A DNA stretch of 55,471 nucleotides, filler included, from Sphacelaria rigidula (Eukaryota), in the NCBI GenBank assembly GCA_964200075.2. It is 6 parts of 6 records of this genome, joined end to end, with 100 filler letters (N's around TTAATTAATTAA, not from the genome) between each part and the next. Parts side by side here need not be neighbours in the genome. Positions count along the whole stretch, not along the records: positions 9,266 to 18,427 come from CAXNAA020009150.1; positions 18,528 to 27,689 come from CAXNAA020009151.1; 4 more parts are not named here. The stretch is one strand, 5' to 3'. Positions 10,621 to 21,485 of this stretch are shown here, piece after piece. The translations under genes were made by a program, and so were the position numbers. Below the pieces are notes generated by a model, which ran no database searches, had not been told where the DNA came from, and was given only the letters and a program-made list of their open reading frames with translations. The stretch's first letter is position 1. Each line of letters starts with the position of its first letter.

Positions 10621-11889
10621 CAAGAATCGTCTAGGATCAAGAGATGTATCCTGATGAACGTGATCGTACCAAAGCTGAAATATGCAGGAGAAGTATGGGA
10701 GGGGAACGCGAAGTTGATGGGGAGGTTGGAAACAGTACAGATGGCAGCAGCTAAGAAGATACTTGGATGCTCGAAAATGACGAATAATACACTTTTGAGA
10801 GCAGAGTTGGGGATGTACTCACTTGAAACAAACAGAGACATGAGGAGATTGCGATGGCAGTATAACGTAAAGAACATGCAGAGAAAGAGATTGCCAGCTA
10901 TAGTTGATCGGGCTGTATGGAAGAAAAGTACGAGAGGGCGTGCTATAAGGTGGGGCAGAGAAGTCGAGAAAGTGTGGAAAGAGATAGGCGGAATCCAAGA
11001 CGAAATACTGTCCATAGATGAAGACGCGGGGGACAAGACAAAAGTAAGAGACATGACAAAAATAAGGGGAGAGGGAGCGCTCAGACGCAAGGTAAACGAG
11101 GAAGAAGACCTGAAGACATACGGGTGGTCGAGAGAGGGGATGGGAATGAGTGCATATTTGCATGGTCCAATGGACGCTGCGAAAAATATGAAACTGCGAT
11201 TTCGGGTGGGGGACCTAGACCTGCCAGAAAGAAGAAAGAGATATACCAGTCGTCGAAAGGAGGTGGACGTAGATAGACAGAACTGCCTCTGTGACAAAGG
11301 AATAGAGAGCAGAAGTCATATAGTGACAGAATTTGAACTATGAAAGGAGGAACGGGACGTGCTAGAGGGAGGAATGCGGGACGTGAACGAAGGTGGCATG
11401 AAATTAGACAGTAGGGAGAAAACGATGGCTATACTAGGAGATAGATGGTGGCCAGAGACGGCGAAACATGACGGGGATAAGATGTGTAAAAGGTTTTTGT
11501 GTCATGTATGGAATAAACGTAATGAGCTATGGAAGAGACGTAATGAGCGCCCGAATGTTGGAGGTGTCTGTATCAGGAGTAGGACGGCGCTCCGCCGTGA
11601 AAGGGATGCGTGAACGAAGGTGGCATAAAATCATTTGATGCATCAGACAGTAGCAAAACGAATAATGGCTACACTCGGAAATAAATGGTGGCCAGAGACG
11701 GCGAAACAGGATGGGGATAAGACATGTGAGAAAGGTTTTCGTGTAGTATATGGAAGACACGTAATGGCCACCTAAATGTTGGAAATATCTCTATGAGGAG
11801 TAGGAACGGTGCTCTGTCTCGAAAGGGATGCGTGGTCAATGGTCAAACGACTAAGGCAAGCAACAAATGAGTACCCCCCCCCCCCCCCC
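10621..11889 (+). mobile_element. 5'-truncated LINE: ORF2 C-terminal region plus 3' end with oligo(C) tail
   Basis: Translation ILMNVIVPKLKYAGEVW...LETVQMAAAKKILG..TNNTLLRAELG..SLE..R..RRLRW matches the post-RT (thumb) region. QNCLCDKGIESRSHIVTE is a degenerate C-terminal zinc knuckle. The 3' ~250 bp is tandemly duplicated and ends atgagta-C-run. Confidence 0.85.
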
Positions 11890-12943
11890 AATATAACACG
11901 TACTATAGCGCCTGGACCCCGGCATGCAACCAGAAATGCACTCGTCGTATGGTGTATTGAGTGAATACAAGGGGAGATTCCTCGGTCCCGCTTCTACCTG
12001 TCTGTTTTCCTCTACCGCGGGATTTCTCGGTTTGCGCCACCGCAACCGCTGGTCTCGGACAAGGGACTTGAAGAGATGTCGTGCACGAACAAACTAAGAA
12101 ACTGAGTCGATCGACCCTGACCGCATCTGCTGCAGTAGCAAGCTAAGCAACGCCCCACTTGGACCGTATAGCTGCAAAGAGCAACAAAATATCACCTGTA
12201 AAGGGTTCGTTTGTACCTGCAAGTATGCATCAGACTGCAGGTCGTCCGCACCAACCGGTAGCTCGTACATCATGGGCGAGTATTGCCCTTCACCGCTACA
12301 TACCTCCTCTAAACCAGCCCAAGGCTATCTACAGCTCACAAGACACTGGAGCCCGATACAGTGAGCGCGATCCGCATGCGTTTGGCGGGAACACGAAACG
12401 GCACTACGATCAAAATCCCCACAACAACGCACAACGACCCACATACTCACGTGTTTACAACGATACATAGACTCTTGGACGAGTTGGTGGGGGGTTGCAA
12501 CAATACGTCAATGGGACAGTGCCAGGACGAGCCCGTTGCCGTCGAGCGCGAGGTCTCGAGGCGTTGTGGTTGTTCAATGAGATGGCCCGTATTATCCATT
12601 CGATATACTCACAATGTTCAATCAACACCTTCCACGATAGCAGCTTGGCAGAACTATCGCTTTTCCGTCGATGAACGCATTGCTGCACACTGAATTCGCT
12701 ACGGCTGCATTATGTCTCACCCGCATTGTGCCCTGCAGTGTTGTTGAAGAAAGTCACATCGCCAGTGATGGAGACGTCGCCGTCACCCACAAAAACAGCA
12801 CCTGTGGCGAGAACACGGACACACAGCAGTCAAATGCGCGTGGGCGACTCGTTGGTATACATCTGAAACACGTAACAGCTGCAATGCGTCTCGTGACGTG
12901 GGGTAGTCTACGACGACATTCCTTGCCTCTCGATTCTCCTACC

Positions 12944-13194
12944 GAGCCATCCCACGATAGGGAGGGGGGTATTTTGGGCCATTTTTTGCACGAAATTCCA
13001 GGTCAAATCGTCGTTAAAGGCAGCAACGGCTGCTCGGATAAGCTTGGTATAGATACGTGACGCTCATTCATGCCGATTAACATCGTTTCGAACCAAATAC
13101 AAGCGCACCGCGAGTGTGGTAGGTCGTCTGACACACTTATAAGCCTCTTTTTTCGTGCAACCGAATACCCCCCCCCCCTATCGTAGGATGACTC
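12944..13194. mobile_element. Complete MITE with GAG...CTC termini and 4-bp TSD (Sola2-like)
   Basis: TIRs gagccatcccacgatagggagggggtatt and aataccccccccccctatcgtaggatgactc; TACC on both sides (12940-12943, 13195-13198); second copy at 45913. Confidence 0.8.
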
Positions 13195-14009
13195 TACCTG
13201 CCCACCCATTCGGTCTTGGCGGCAGATGGCAGCGCAATACCGAGCAAAGCACAAAGGAATGCAAATGTTCCCGCGTTGAACACGCGATGGATATTTCGAA
13301 GCTCTGGAAAAGATTGGATCGAAGACAACGGGGTCGCCTCATCCACCGATGGCACTCTGATGTCTCTCTCTTTTGAGCTTCACTCAATCGGGGAGCACTA
13401 AGGCGTTTCCATCATAGTGCCGTTTGCGGTGTGGTGCACAGTAGCTAAGGTGCCGTGACTATATTTAGCAGGGTCCGCTGTCTTTGCGTGAAACGAGTAC
13501 CGAGATATGCGGCGTTCTGCTGTCCCCTTAATTCCCTATCGCGACGATGGATCGTCGGGCCGTCCTTAATGCGTCATGCTCTTTTAGGAGTACTGGGGGT
13601 CACGATTTATAGTAGGCCGATGGTGCATTGAGTTAGTCGTGTGGTTCAGAACTGGCATATTCCTAATGACTGGCGTTGTGCGTATTCGATAACGGGGTAG
13701 CATTGACTAGAACCCCGTCCCTCGTCGGAGGAACGGATGGAGCGCTGTCAAACCTTCTCAACAGGGACTATTGCGGCAGGACAACGGAATCACATGCACC
13801 AAGTCACCATCCCACATCTCTACGTCACTGATGCCTTTAAATATGGGATAGAAACGTTCAGGCGACGGAAGATCGCGTCCGAAAGATAAGTCATGATTCA
13901 TAGCACTCAACAACACCTCTGTGGAATGGGTTGGCTGCGGTCCAGGCATATAAAAATCCCCGCTGTTCTTCGTGCGGTTTCCCACAAGACGCTGCAATTA
14001 AGGCGTTTG

Positions 14010-14200
14010 TTTCAAGTCGCGACCTCGTGCACTCTGACGTTTGGACTACACGAAATATGCTATCATTGGAATCAACCCACAAACCTTCGATGCTTATAAC
14101 TTCGATATCATGAGATTAGTGGATGAGAATTGTCAAAGTGGCATCTTCCACAACCGTACTGTTGAAGATATTCAGGGCCTCTTTCCCAGATTGTCCATGC
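14010..14200 (+). repeat. Dispersed repeat, also at 18043-18255
   Basis: tttcaagtcgcg...tggactacacg..atg(c)tatcattggaatcaa...cttcgatgct...agattgtc(c/t)atgcc is shared between the two sites. Confidence 0.75.
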
Positions 14201-15949
14201 CAAGTGGCGACGGCGCTGTAAAACAAGCCACAAGAACGCAGACTTGAGTGTACAGACTGTCACCATACATATACCAGAGACCGCCACCAGACAGAACGGA
14301 TTTCCAAACCAACAGATGCACTAGACACGCAAAAACCCGAAGAGACAAAATTGATTCTCCGCAGTAGAACACAAACCCGGTATTCTCACGAAATAACGAA
14401 GCTGCCCAATTATTTCATGTGCATTGTCAAAACACAGCCCAGAGACATGAGACAACGCAGCTAACTGTTTATTCTTCCCTCCCCCCTTCAATACTATCAA
14501 TATGTTGTGAACATTTTTGAGCATGCTTTCCTCATGTTCTCTCTCATGTTTTGTGTGTATATATATATATATCAACCTTTCCATATGTAACTATTCGCGG
14601 TCACGTATTTGTGTTTTTTTCCCCTTTTGTTTCATATTTTGTATCTATATTTTCATATGCTTTGATATTTTTCCTTTTTCCTTTCCCTTCTTCTCCCTTT
14701 TCAATTGTTGTTTTCTTCCTTTATTCTCGTCACTTTCTTTTTCCTGTTTTCCTCTATTACTCTTTGTGAGATGCGCCACAAACGATACCGATTCCCCGCG
14801 GGTGGTGGAATCTCGTCAGACGTTTTCCTCGAACTCCCGACATCAGATGCACAAGCCTCCGATAAAGGGAAGGGGTGGAAAATGCATGACATGAATGTCA
14901 AGACCTACAGCGCCTATGAAACAAACACCTTACCGATGACCGACCACATGACCTACGAGAAGGAGCACTAAGCACGACGTAGTATCTTGGGATCTTGAAC
15001 GATAGAAGCAGACACAAAGTGCGGGGGAACTGTTGGCCAAGATTTCGGCAGCGAGGACCTACTCGGGAGCATTAGTAGAGTAGCGACCCATGGCGAACCG
15101 TACGGGACTTCCCGATGTGTGGGTAAGACCTTGTGTTATGCAACCTGACACGTAAAAATTATCTCCCTGCAGGAAAGTAAACAGTGCAGCAGTGGGACAA
15201 GATAGAAGACACGATCGTGAGACGCCTGGATGGTTTACCATGCAGATCGCCTGGCACAAACATAGGGTACTTGTGTCAAAGGTGTTGAACTTGGCTTCAG
15301 GCTACGAGCCCGTTCTCGAGACATTGTTCAGAGTCGATGAGTCAGCAAAAGAATCGAAAGACACCAGACCCCCATCAAGTACCATGATTGGGATACCCCA
15401 GTATATTGGCTACATCCCATCTCAATACTCAAAACAAACAAGCTGGAGGTGCTCTCGAAAGAGATCGAGAGAGACGTGAGGAAGAGTGGGTGGAGAAGTA
15501 AATAGTGGACAGGTGAAGGACTCGTAGTTCTGGCATTTGGAGTACGTAAGGATATCACGAGAATAGAGTTTAAGCGGGAATACGATGAGGTGGGACTGTA
15601 TTGTTTCTTCAACAATAGCAAAAAACTAGAAAGGGGGGAAGTACACTTCCAAGTCAAGCAAAAAACAGAGTGTGAGCAAGAAATGGAAAAGGATAGAGAC
15701 ACATAAGGTGTCGGCAATGGTTAGAAGGGTATCACGGAGGACATGCATACGAACAGTAAACCTAAGACGTTGTCCGAGGGTAAATGGAGGAAAGGAAAAG
15801 AAGACACAAGTAAACGCCCGGACGGGGAACGGGAGGGTAAAGAGCGGCCCGAAGCAAAGAGAAAGATTCCAAACCGGAAATGGTAAGAGAGATCACGCAA
15901 CGAAGAATGAAAGTGAAAGGGGCGGAGGCAAAACAACATAAAAAAGGAG

Positions 15950-17342
15950 GATGGACAATGATTCAGAAAGAGAGTTGGGAAGGGGATCGTGAACCGTGTG
16001 TGGATTCGTCACGGAAGAGCTCAAAATAATGGAGATAGCCGACCCACGAAGTAACCGCGACTTGGATAAAAATGGACATCCAAGAGTCATCGGAGAAAAA
16101 TGGGGCGGAAATAGGATAGAAAGTTGGAGAGTATGCATGAATAAAGGGAAAGCGGAAGGGACAGAACTCCAAGAACAGGGGAGCGGGGGGAGCAGGGTTC
16201 TCGGTCACGGAGTACCTGTGTGACGTCATATAATTGGTGAAGGTGCAAACGTCGACAAGAGATATTTGAATAAGAGTACCGGGGGAGCAGGGAACGAAAG
16301 CCTTTGTCGTAGGAACATTAATATGCCCCCAGAATCGAAGAGTACGGCATTTGATATACAGGGGAGGCTCGCAGAGATACCAGCAGATGCGCAGAAGTAT
16401 AAAAGGCAAGGAAAAGTACACTTAGAGGGAGATTTTGGTTCAAGGGTCGGAGAAGCAATTCAACCCGATGATTGGGCAATATTGCGGAAGAAGAATGCGA
16501 ACAGGATAGAGATGTTGAAGTTCCTTGGAAAGAACGGGATGGCGCGGAAAGATAGAGCACAAAAGTCAACGTCGCAATAGACATGAACGAGGCAACGCAC
16601 TGAGAAAAAGACAGGAAGCTCCAGTCTTGACTGTATAGTGGTAGAATATGGAAATAGTAAGATAATGGAAGGACATGCCTGTACAGAGGACGTGGGAACC
16701 ACGGATCAGTGCTGAATATGAACAGGTATATAAATAGGCGGGGTAGAAAGTTGTACAAATGACGGATAGATAGACCATAAATTGACGAAAAACGGCAAGA
16801 GTTTCAGGAAGAGATTATCAAATATGCGGTGAAATTGCGGTGAAATTTTCCGAATTGTTGCAAAGCGTGAATACAGCTAGTACCAAACTGGAAAGGGATC
16901 AGGCAGGCGCGGAAATTAAACAAGAATGAGAGCAATTGATGAAGACCACAGGAAGTAAGGTCACACGGAAGAAAATGATCATATGCAACAAAGCAGTGAA
17001 ATAGTGGAGTGAAGAAGCAGAAGAGGCTACAGGATTAAGGAGAGAGGTCCACGCAAGATGTATATCGAGTAAAGTTACGGGAGGATGGCAGGAGTATGAT
17101 GAAGCTCGAAAGGAGGTAGAAAATATCGTACTGCGTGAAAAAAGGGAATACGGGAAAATGCAGTGAATAAAATATATGACGATTTACACGGCGGGATGAA
17201 GCAAATGTGGGTAGAAAAAAAGAGGGTAGTGGGAAATTAGGCAGAAAAAATAGACAAGGGGGTAGCCACACTAACGATGAAGAACGGTAAAATGGCTAGT
17301 GGTTTGAAAGGGAAGCGAGGATCACTACCGGAGCACTATAGA
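15950..17342 (+). pseudogene. Decayed LINE ORF2 5' part: APE endonuclease and linker
   Basis: Fragments such as GVGFLVTEYL-like, NINMPPES, GKVHLEGDFGSRVG (GDFN motif), NANRIEMLKFL, SSLDCIVV and GTTDQC (SDH-like), with many stops and frameshifts. Purine-rich sense strand. ORF1 remnants may extend upstream to ~14800. Confidence 0.75.
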
Positions 17343-18043
17343 TCTCAGGTCCCCTCTGATTCCAGGTTCCCACAACGTTTGTCACAGCCCATTTCTCCAT
17401 ACTCTGTCACAGGCCCCCTGTATGTCTAGGAAGAAGCAGTACGCTATTAGCCCGGCGTCGTTTCTACCTTAAATATCCTACCTGATGTGCACACAACGTC
17501 TACGCAACTACGGTTTGGGCTAAATTTTGCTTGATCCTCGCTAATATTTTCTTTTTTCTCTAGCATCGTTGCCACTCTATCGTTCAGAACCTTACATAAT
17601 GTTTTTCCTATGGTGCTCAGTAGCGGTATTCCTCGGAAGAAACCTGAGTCAGCCTTGTCTCCGTCCTTGAGAAAGTTATCTCCCACTCCTTACCTCCGCC
17701 TTGTAAACAGGTGTACTGCTACTTTTTCTCTCCACCTCTCGGGTGCGTACTCATTTTCCCATATCCAGCATAACCATCATGCCAACCATTCCCTCACATC
17801 ATTGCCGTCATGGTAAGCATTTCCTGTTTCCCCGTGCTTGGAAAAACCAATCAATCCTCCGTTACACCCCTGTTGCCTTTCTGTTCTTGAGTTCAGCTAT
17901 ACACTCCTTCACTTCCTCTCTTGTGAGCCCTCTCCGTCAATCCTCCGTTTTGACGCCTGTACATTTGCATTTGCCCACGTTGATTCTCTTTCTCGAATTC
18001 CGTGTCGAAGCGCTACTTCATTGCTGGTGTCCCTGGTTTACGT
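17343..18043 (-). pseudogene. LINE reverse transcriptase N-terminal region, inverted relative to the upstream APE part
   Basis: FLKDGDKADSGFFRGIPLLSTIGKTLCKVLNDRV...ISEDQAKFSPNRSCVD and YCFFLDIQGACDRVWRNGL are recognisable non-LTR RT N-terminal motifs. Confidence 0.85.
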
Positions 18044-18265
18044 TTCAAGTCGCGGCATCCTGCACTCCAAATTTTGGACTACACGGAAGATGCCATCATT
18101 GGAATCAATATTCAAAACTTCGATGCTAACCGCTTCGATATATGCGATTGGTGGAAGACAAATGGCGAAGGGGTAATTTCTACATCTGTACTATCGAAAA
18201 GACCCATTTGTACTAGTGAATACACGCACGATTTCATTTTCAGATTGTCTATGCCCCCCCCCCCC

Positions 18266-18427
18266 GTAAGGGGATACGGTATGTTGAAGGGTTTGCGGAA
18301 TGTATGAATTGACGTAACGAGGACCAAAATGTTGGAGTTGGGTCCATTAGGAGTAGGAACGGTGCTCCGTCTCGAAAGGGGTGCATGATCAATGGTCAAA
18401 CGACTAAGGCAAGCAACAAATGAGGAC
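18266..18427 (+). mobile_element. Short 3' fragment of the oligo(C)-associated LINE
   Basis: Matches 11710-11875. Begins immediately after C12 (18254-18265), and the contig ends where the C tail is expected. Confidence 0.8.
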
Positions 18428-18527
18428 NNNNNNNNNNNNNNNNNNNNNNNNNNNNNNNNNNNNNNNNNNNNTTAATTAATTAANNNNNNNNNNNNNNNNN
18501 NNNNNNNNNNNNNNNNNNNNNNNNNNN
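18428..18527. other. Artificial contig spacer
   Basis: N44-TTAATTAATTAA-N44. Confidence 0.98.
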
Positions 18528-19008
18528 CACTTTTGTGGCCTTGGACATTGTCCCCATCACCTTGCCACACAGCCCTTTGTGGTCGGGGTGGGCCGGCAGG
18601 AAATGCAGTTATTCTGGAAAGGACTCAACGAGTAGAGCAAGTCATTCGAAGGCGTCAACAGTCATTCGAAGGCGTCAACATCCGCCTAGCCCTCTCGTCA
18701 CTGCTAAATCGACGGCAAAGGGCAAAACAGGCAGTTCTGAACAATATTTTCGAACAGCTCCCATTTTAACCGGTCTCAGACGCAGCCATGTCAACCTGTT
18801 TTAGACTCGAACGAATGCGGTCGAATCGAGTTGGTCCTTACGAGGTCGTATCTAATACGTCCACGTGATCAATGTTCGTAGATGGATTGAAGTCCATCCT
18901 ATACTAAGTCACGCACTACGGGCAGGGTCCAATACACAACAGCTCAGCATTTTCGGTCGAGGGCGGCGGAATGATCAAAGGAGCACCTGACTGAAACATT
19001 GCAGACAA

Positions 19009-19124
19009 CCATACGACCTACCACCCTATAAGAAAAACTATGCAAACCCTACCAACATTGTGCCTTCCATACGACCTACCACCCTATAAGAAAAACTATG
19101 TAAACCCTACCAACATTGTGCCTT
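19009..19124 (+). repeat. Near-perfect 58 bp tandem duplication
   Basis: ccatacgacctaccaccctataagaaaaactatg(c/t)aaaccctaccaacattgtgcctt occurs twice. Confidence 0.9.
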
Positions 19125-20436
19125 ATAAGTGACAGTCGAACCTTGCACCATAAATCACGAATTGAGCACAGGGATGCATACTCTGCAGTATCAGGGAACC
19201 GACACCACCCTCTTGGCATGAAGCGTTCCTGTTCTGTCGGCGATAACTCGGGCGTCTGATACTGTGGTGGGTTCGACCGACGGAGTTGCGTGTTATTGTG
19301 GTGGGCGGCCGTATTGCGACACGCTCGTGCAAAACTGTACTCATTTCAAATCTTTTCACGTCCTGTATGAAGAGGAAGGAGTCATAGAGATTCGCCTCGA
19401 CTTCAGAGAAACTGTGATGGGAGTCGTCGAAAACCCATTCCGAAGAATGCGTCGTGGGCGCTTTCCGTTGTGACATTCGGAAAGAGGGTTAGGCGGACGC
19501 CGACGCCTTGTTATGACTTTGCACTTCCGGATGGCCGCAGTTGTATTTTTGGCCCAACAAGCGTTTGCGAAAAAAAAAAAATCGGTGTACAAAAAGAAAA
19601 AAAACAGAGCGAAAATTGCCACTTCCTTCGCGAGCATACAAGCAACTTCGTAGCTGCTGCCCACCGTGCGAACTATAACTTCTTCACCAACTTCTCCACC
19701 GTCCCTGCATTAACAGGATAGGGGGAGGAAGCGTTCTGCCACCGAGACAGCAGATGGCACAGGAGAAACGATGAGGATGAGGGAGTTTGCGACGCGTCAT
19801 CAGATGGCGTGGAGGCCGATACTCCCACCGACGAAGACCCCCCAGCAAGATGAAGGAGAGAAGCTGTCGTTTGCGGACGCGTGCCTGATGCCGGTTTCCG
19901 TTGCCCACAGGATTAGAGTGGCAGAACACGTTTGGGATAAGATTACGCATAACTATTCTCTCGCTCAGGTCATAAATATCTACGAGTATGGAGTGAGACT
20001 GACGAGATTGATCGATCCCACCGAACGTCCCGACGGGAAGCAGCCCGGGTTGCTCACCACGGAGCCGCCAAGCACAGAAACCACCCAGAGTAAGGTACAA
20101 GACGACAGTCCGACTCACCAGCAGCACATTGCAGACGTATCGCTCGCACCATTGGTGCTTATATACCCTTTGAATTCAACTGAAGGTGTCGGAATGAGTG
20201 CGAACATGAGTGATGCGTGACGCTGGAAATGCCCGTGTTGAGCGGCAGGTCAAACTCACGGGGAGGATCGTGGTGTCGGATCGGATCGATCGTGATTGTT
20301 TTTCTCGTTTGGATTCGAATACCCCTTCGCCTAAAATGATCCCTTGGCGCACAGACAGTCCATGGAAATATCATCAACGGCGATGCACCCCTGCCCGATG
20401 AAAGTTCGAGTTCGGAGGGCGGAGGGTAGCCGAAGC

Positions 20437-20475
<39 letters not shown>

Positions 20476-21244
20476 CTCGCCCACCCACAAAGCACCACCA
20501 ACCCCCCCCCCCCCCCCCNNNNNNNNNNTCCCTGGAAATTTCATCCACGGGCATGCCCCCCCGCCCGATGAAAGTTCGAGTGCGGGGGGGGGGGGGTAGC
20601 CGAACCCCCCCCCCCCCCCCCCGACCCCACCCCCCGTGGCGTGCACAACAGATGAACGATGAAACCCCACCCACCCGACCGCCCCCGGAACGTTACCGAT
20701 TGTGACAGAAGGGGAACTGCGACGCCCTTGTACGAGGAGCACGCTTGAAACAACTCGCATACTTCACCGCTGGATTCATCGGCGAGAATAAGACAGTGGT
20801 TCCTTCGTACGGAGGTGTGAAGCTGGACAAAAACGTCTTCTACCGGATGTCTTATCTGTACTTACCTAGGCGGTCCAACGACGACCAGCACCACGAGAGT
20901 AAGCAGAACCATGTAGATGTATCGTACTGCGTTCCATGCATGCGGTGGACATACGGTGGGGTAGGAATGGCGAACGTGAGGGCTGCGTACACGGAACGCA
21001 AACGTCGTTGACACCGCGCTGTCAATCGTATAGACCGGCACCGACGACAAAAGTGAGATTAAAGCCGAAGACGGTGCTTTACCCGACGTAGACAGCGCCG
21101 GTGTCGAATGGTTTCGTTGCTGGGCTAATCCCCCTCGACGGCGCACATATCTTCTACACGCCTTTTACGGACTGCATGCGCCCGCACCGCCGACCCAAAC
21201 CGTCATTTTCGCCCATTTCCGTCGCTGGGGAGAGGGAGTGGGAT

Positions 21245-21485
21245 GGAGGGGGGGAGGGGGGTACTCCTTTGCTGCTTGCCCCAGTCGCTTGACCGTTGAC
21301 CACGCACCCCTTCGAGCCGGAACACCGTTCGTACTACAATCAGAGACGAGACACGCACAACGTTTGGGCGCTCATGACGTTTGCTCCGTACACAACACAA
21401 ACAAATTGAGATACGCTATCGCCGCCCTGTTTCCCCGTCCATGGCCACCATCTCACTCGAAATATAGCCACATGACTGCTCATCA
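21245..21485 (-). mobile_element. Diverged 3' fragment of the oligo(C)-tailed LINE
   Basis: Reverse complement reads ...cgaaggggtgcgtggtcaacggtcaagcgactggggcaagcagcaaaggagtaCCCCCCtCCCCCCC. Confidence 0.75.

Noticed and set aside
20355-20640. Duplicated ~90 bp segment around poly(C) and a short N gap; poly-Pro/poly-Gly ORFs
   Set aside because: Looks like low-quality overlapping sequence on either side of a homopolymer gap.
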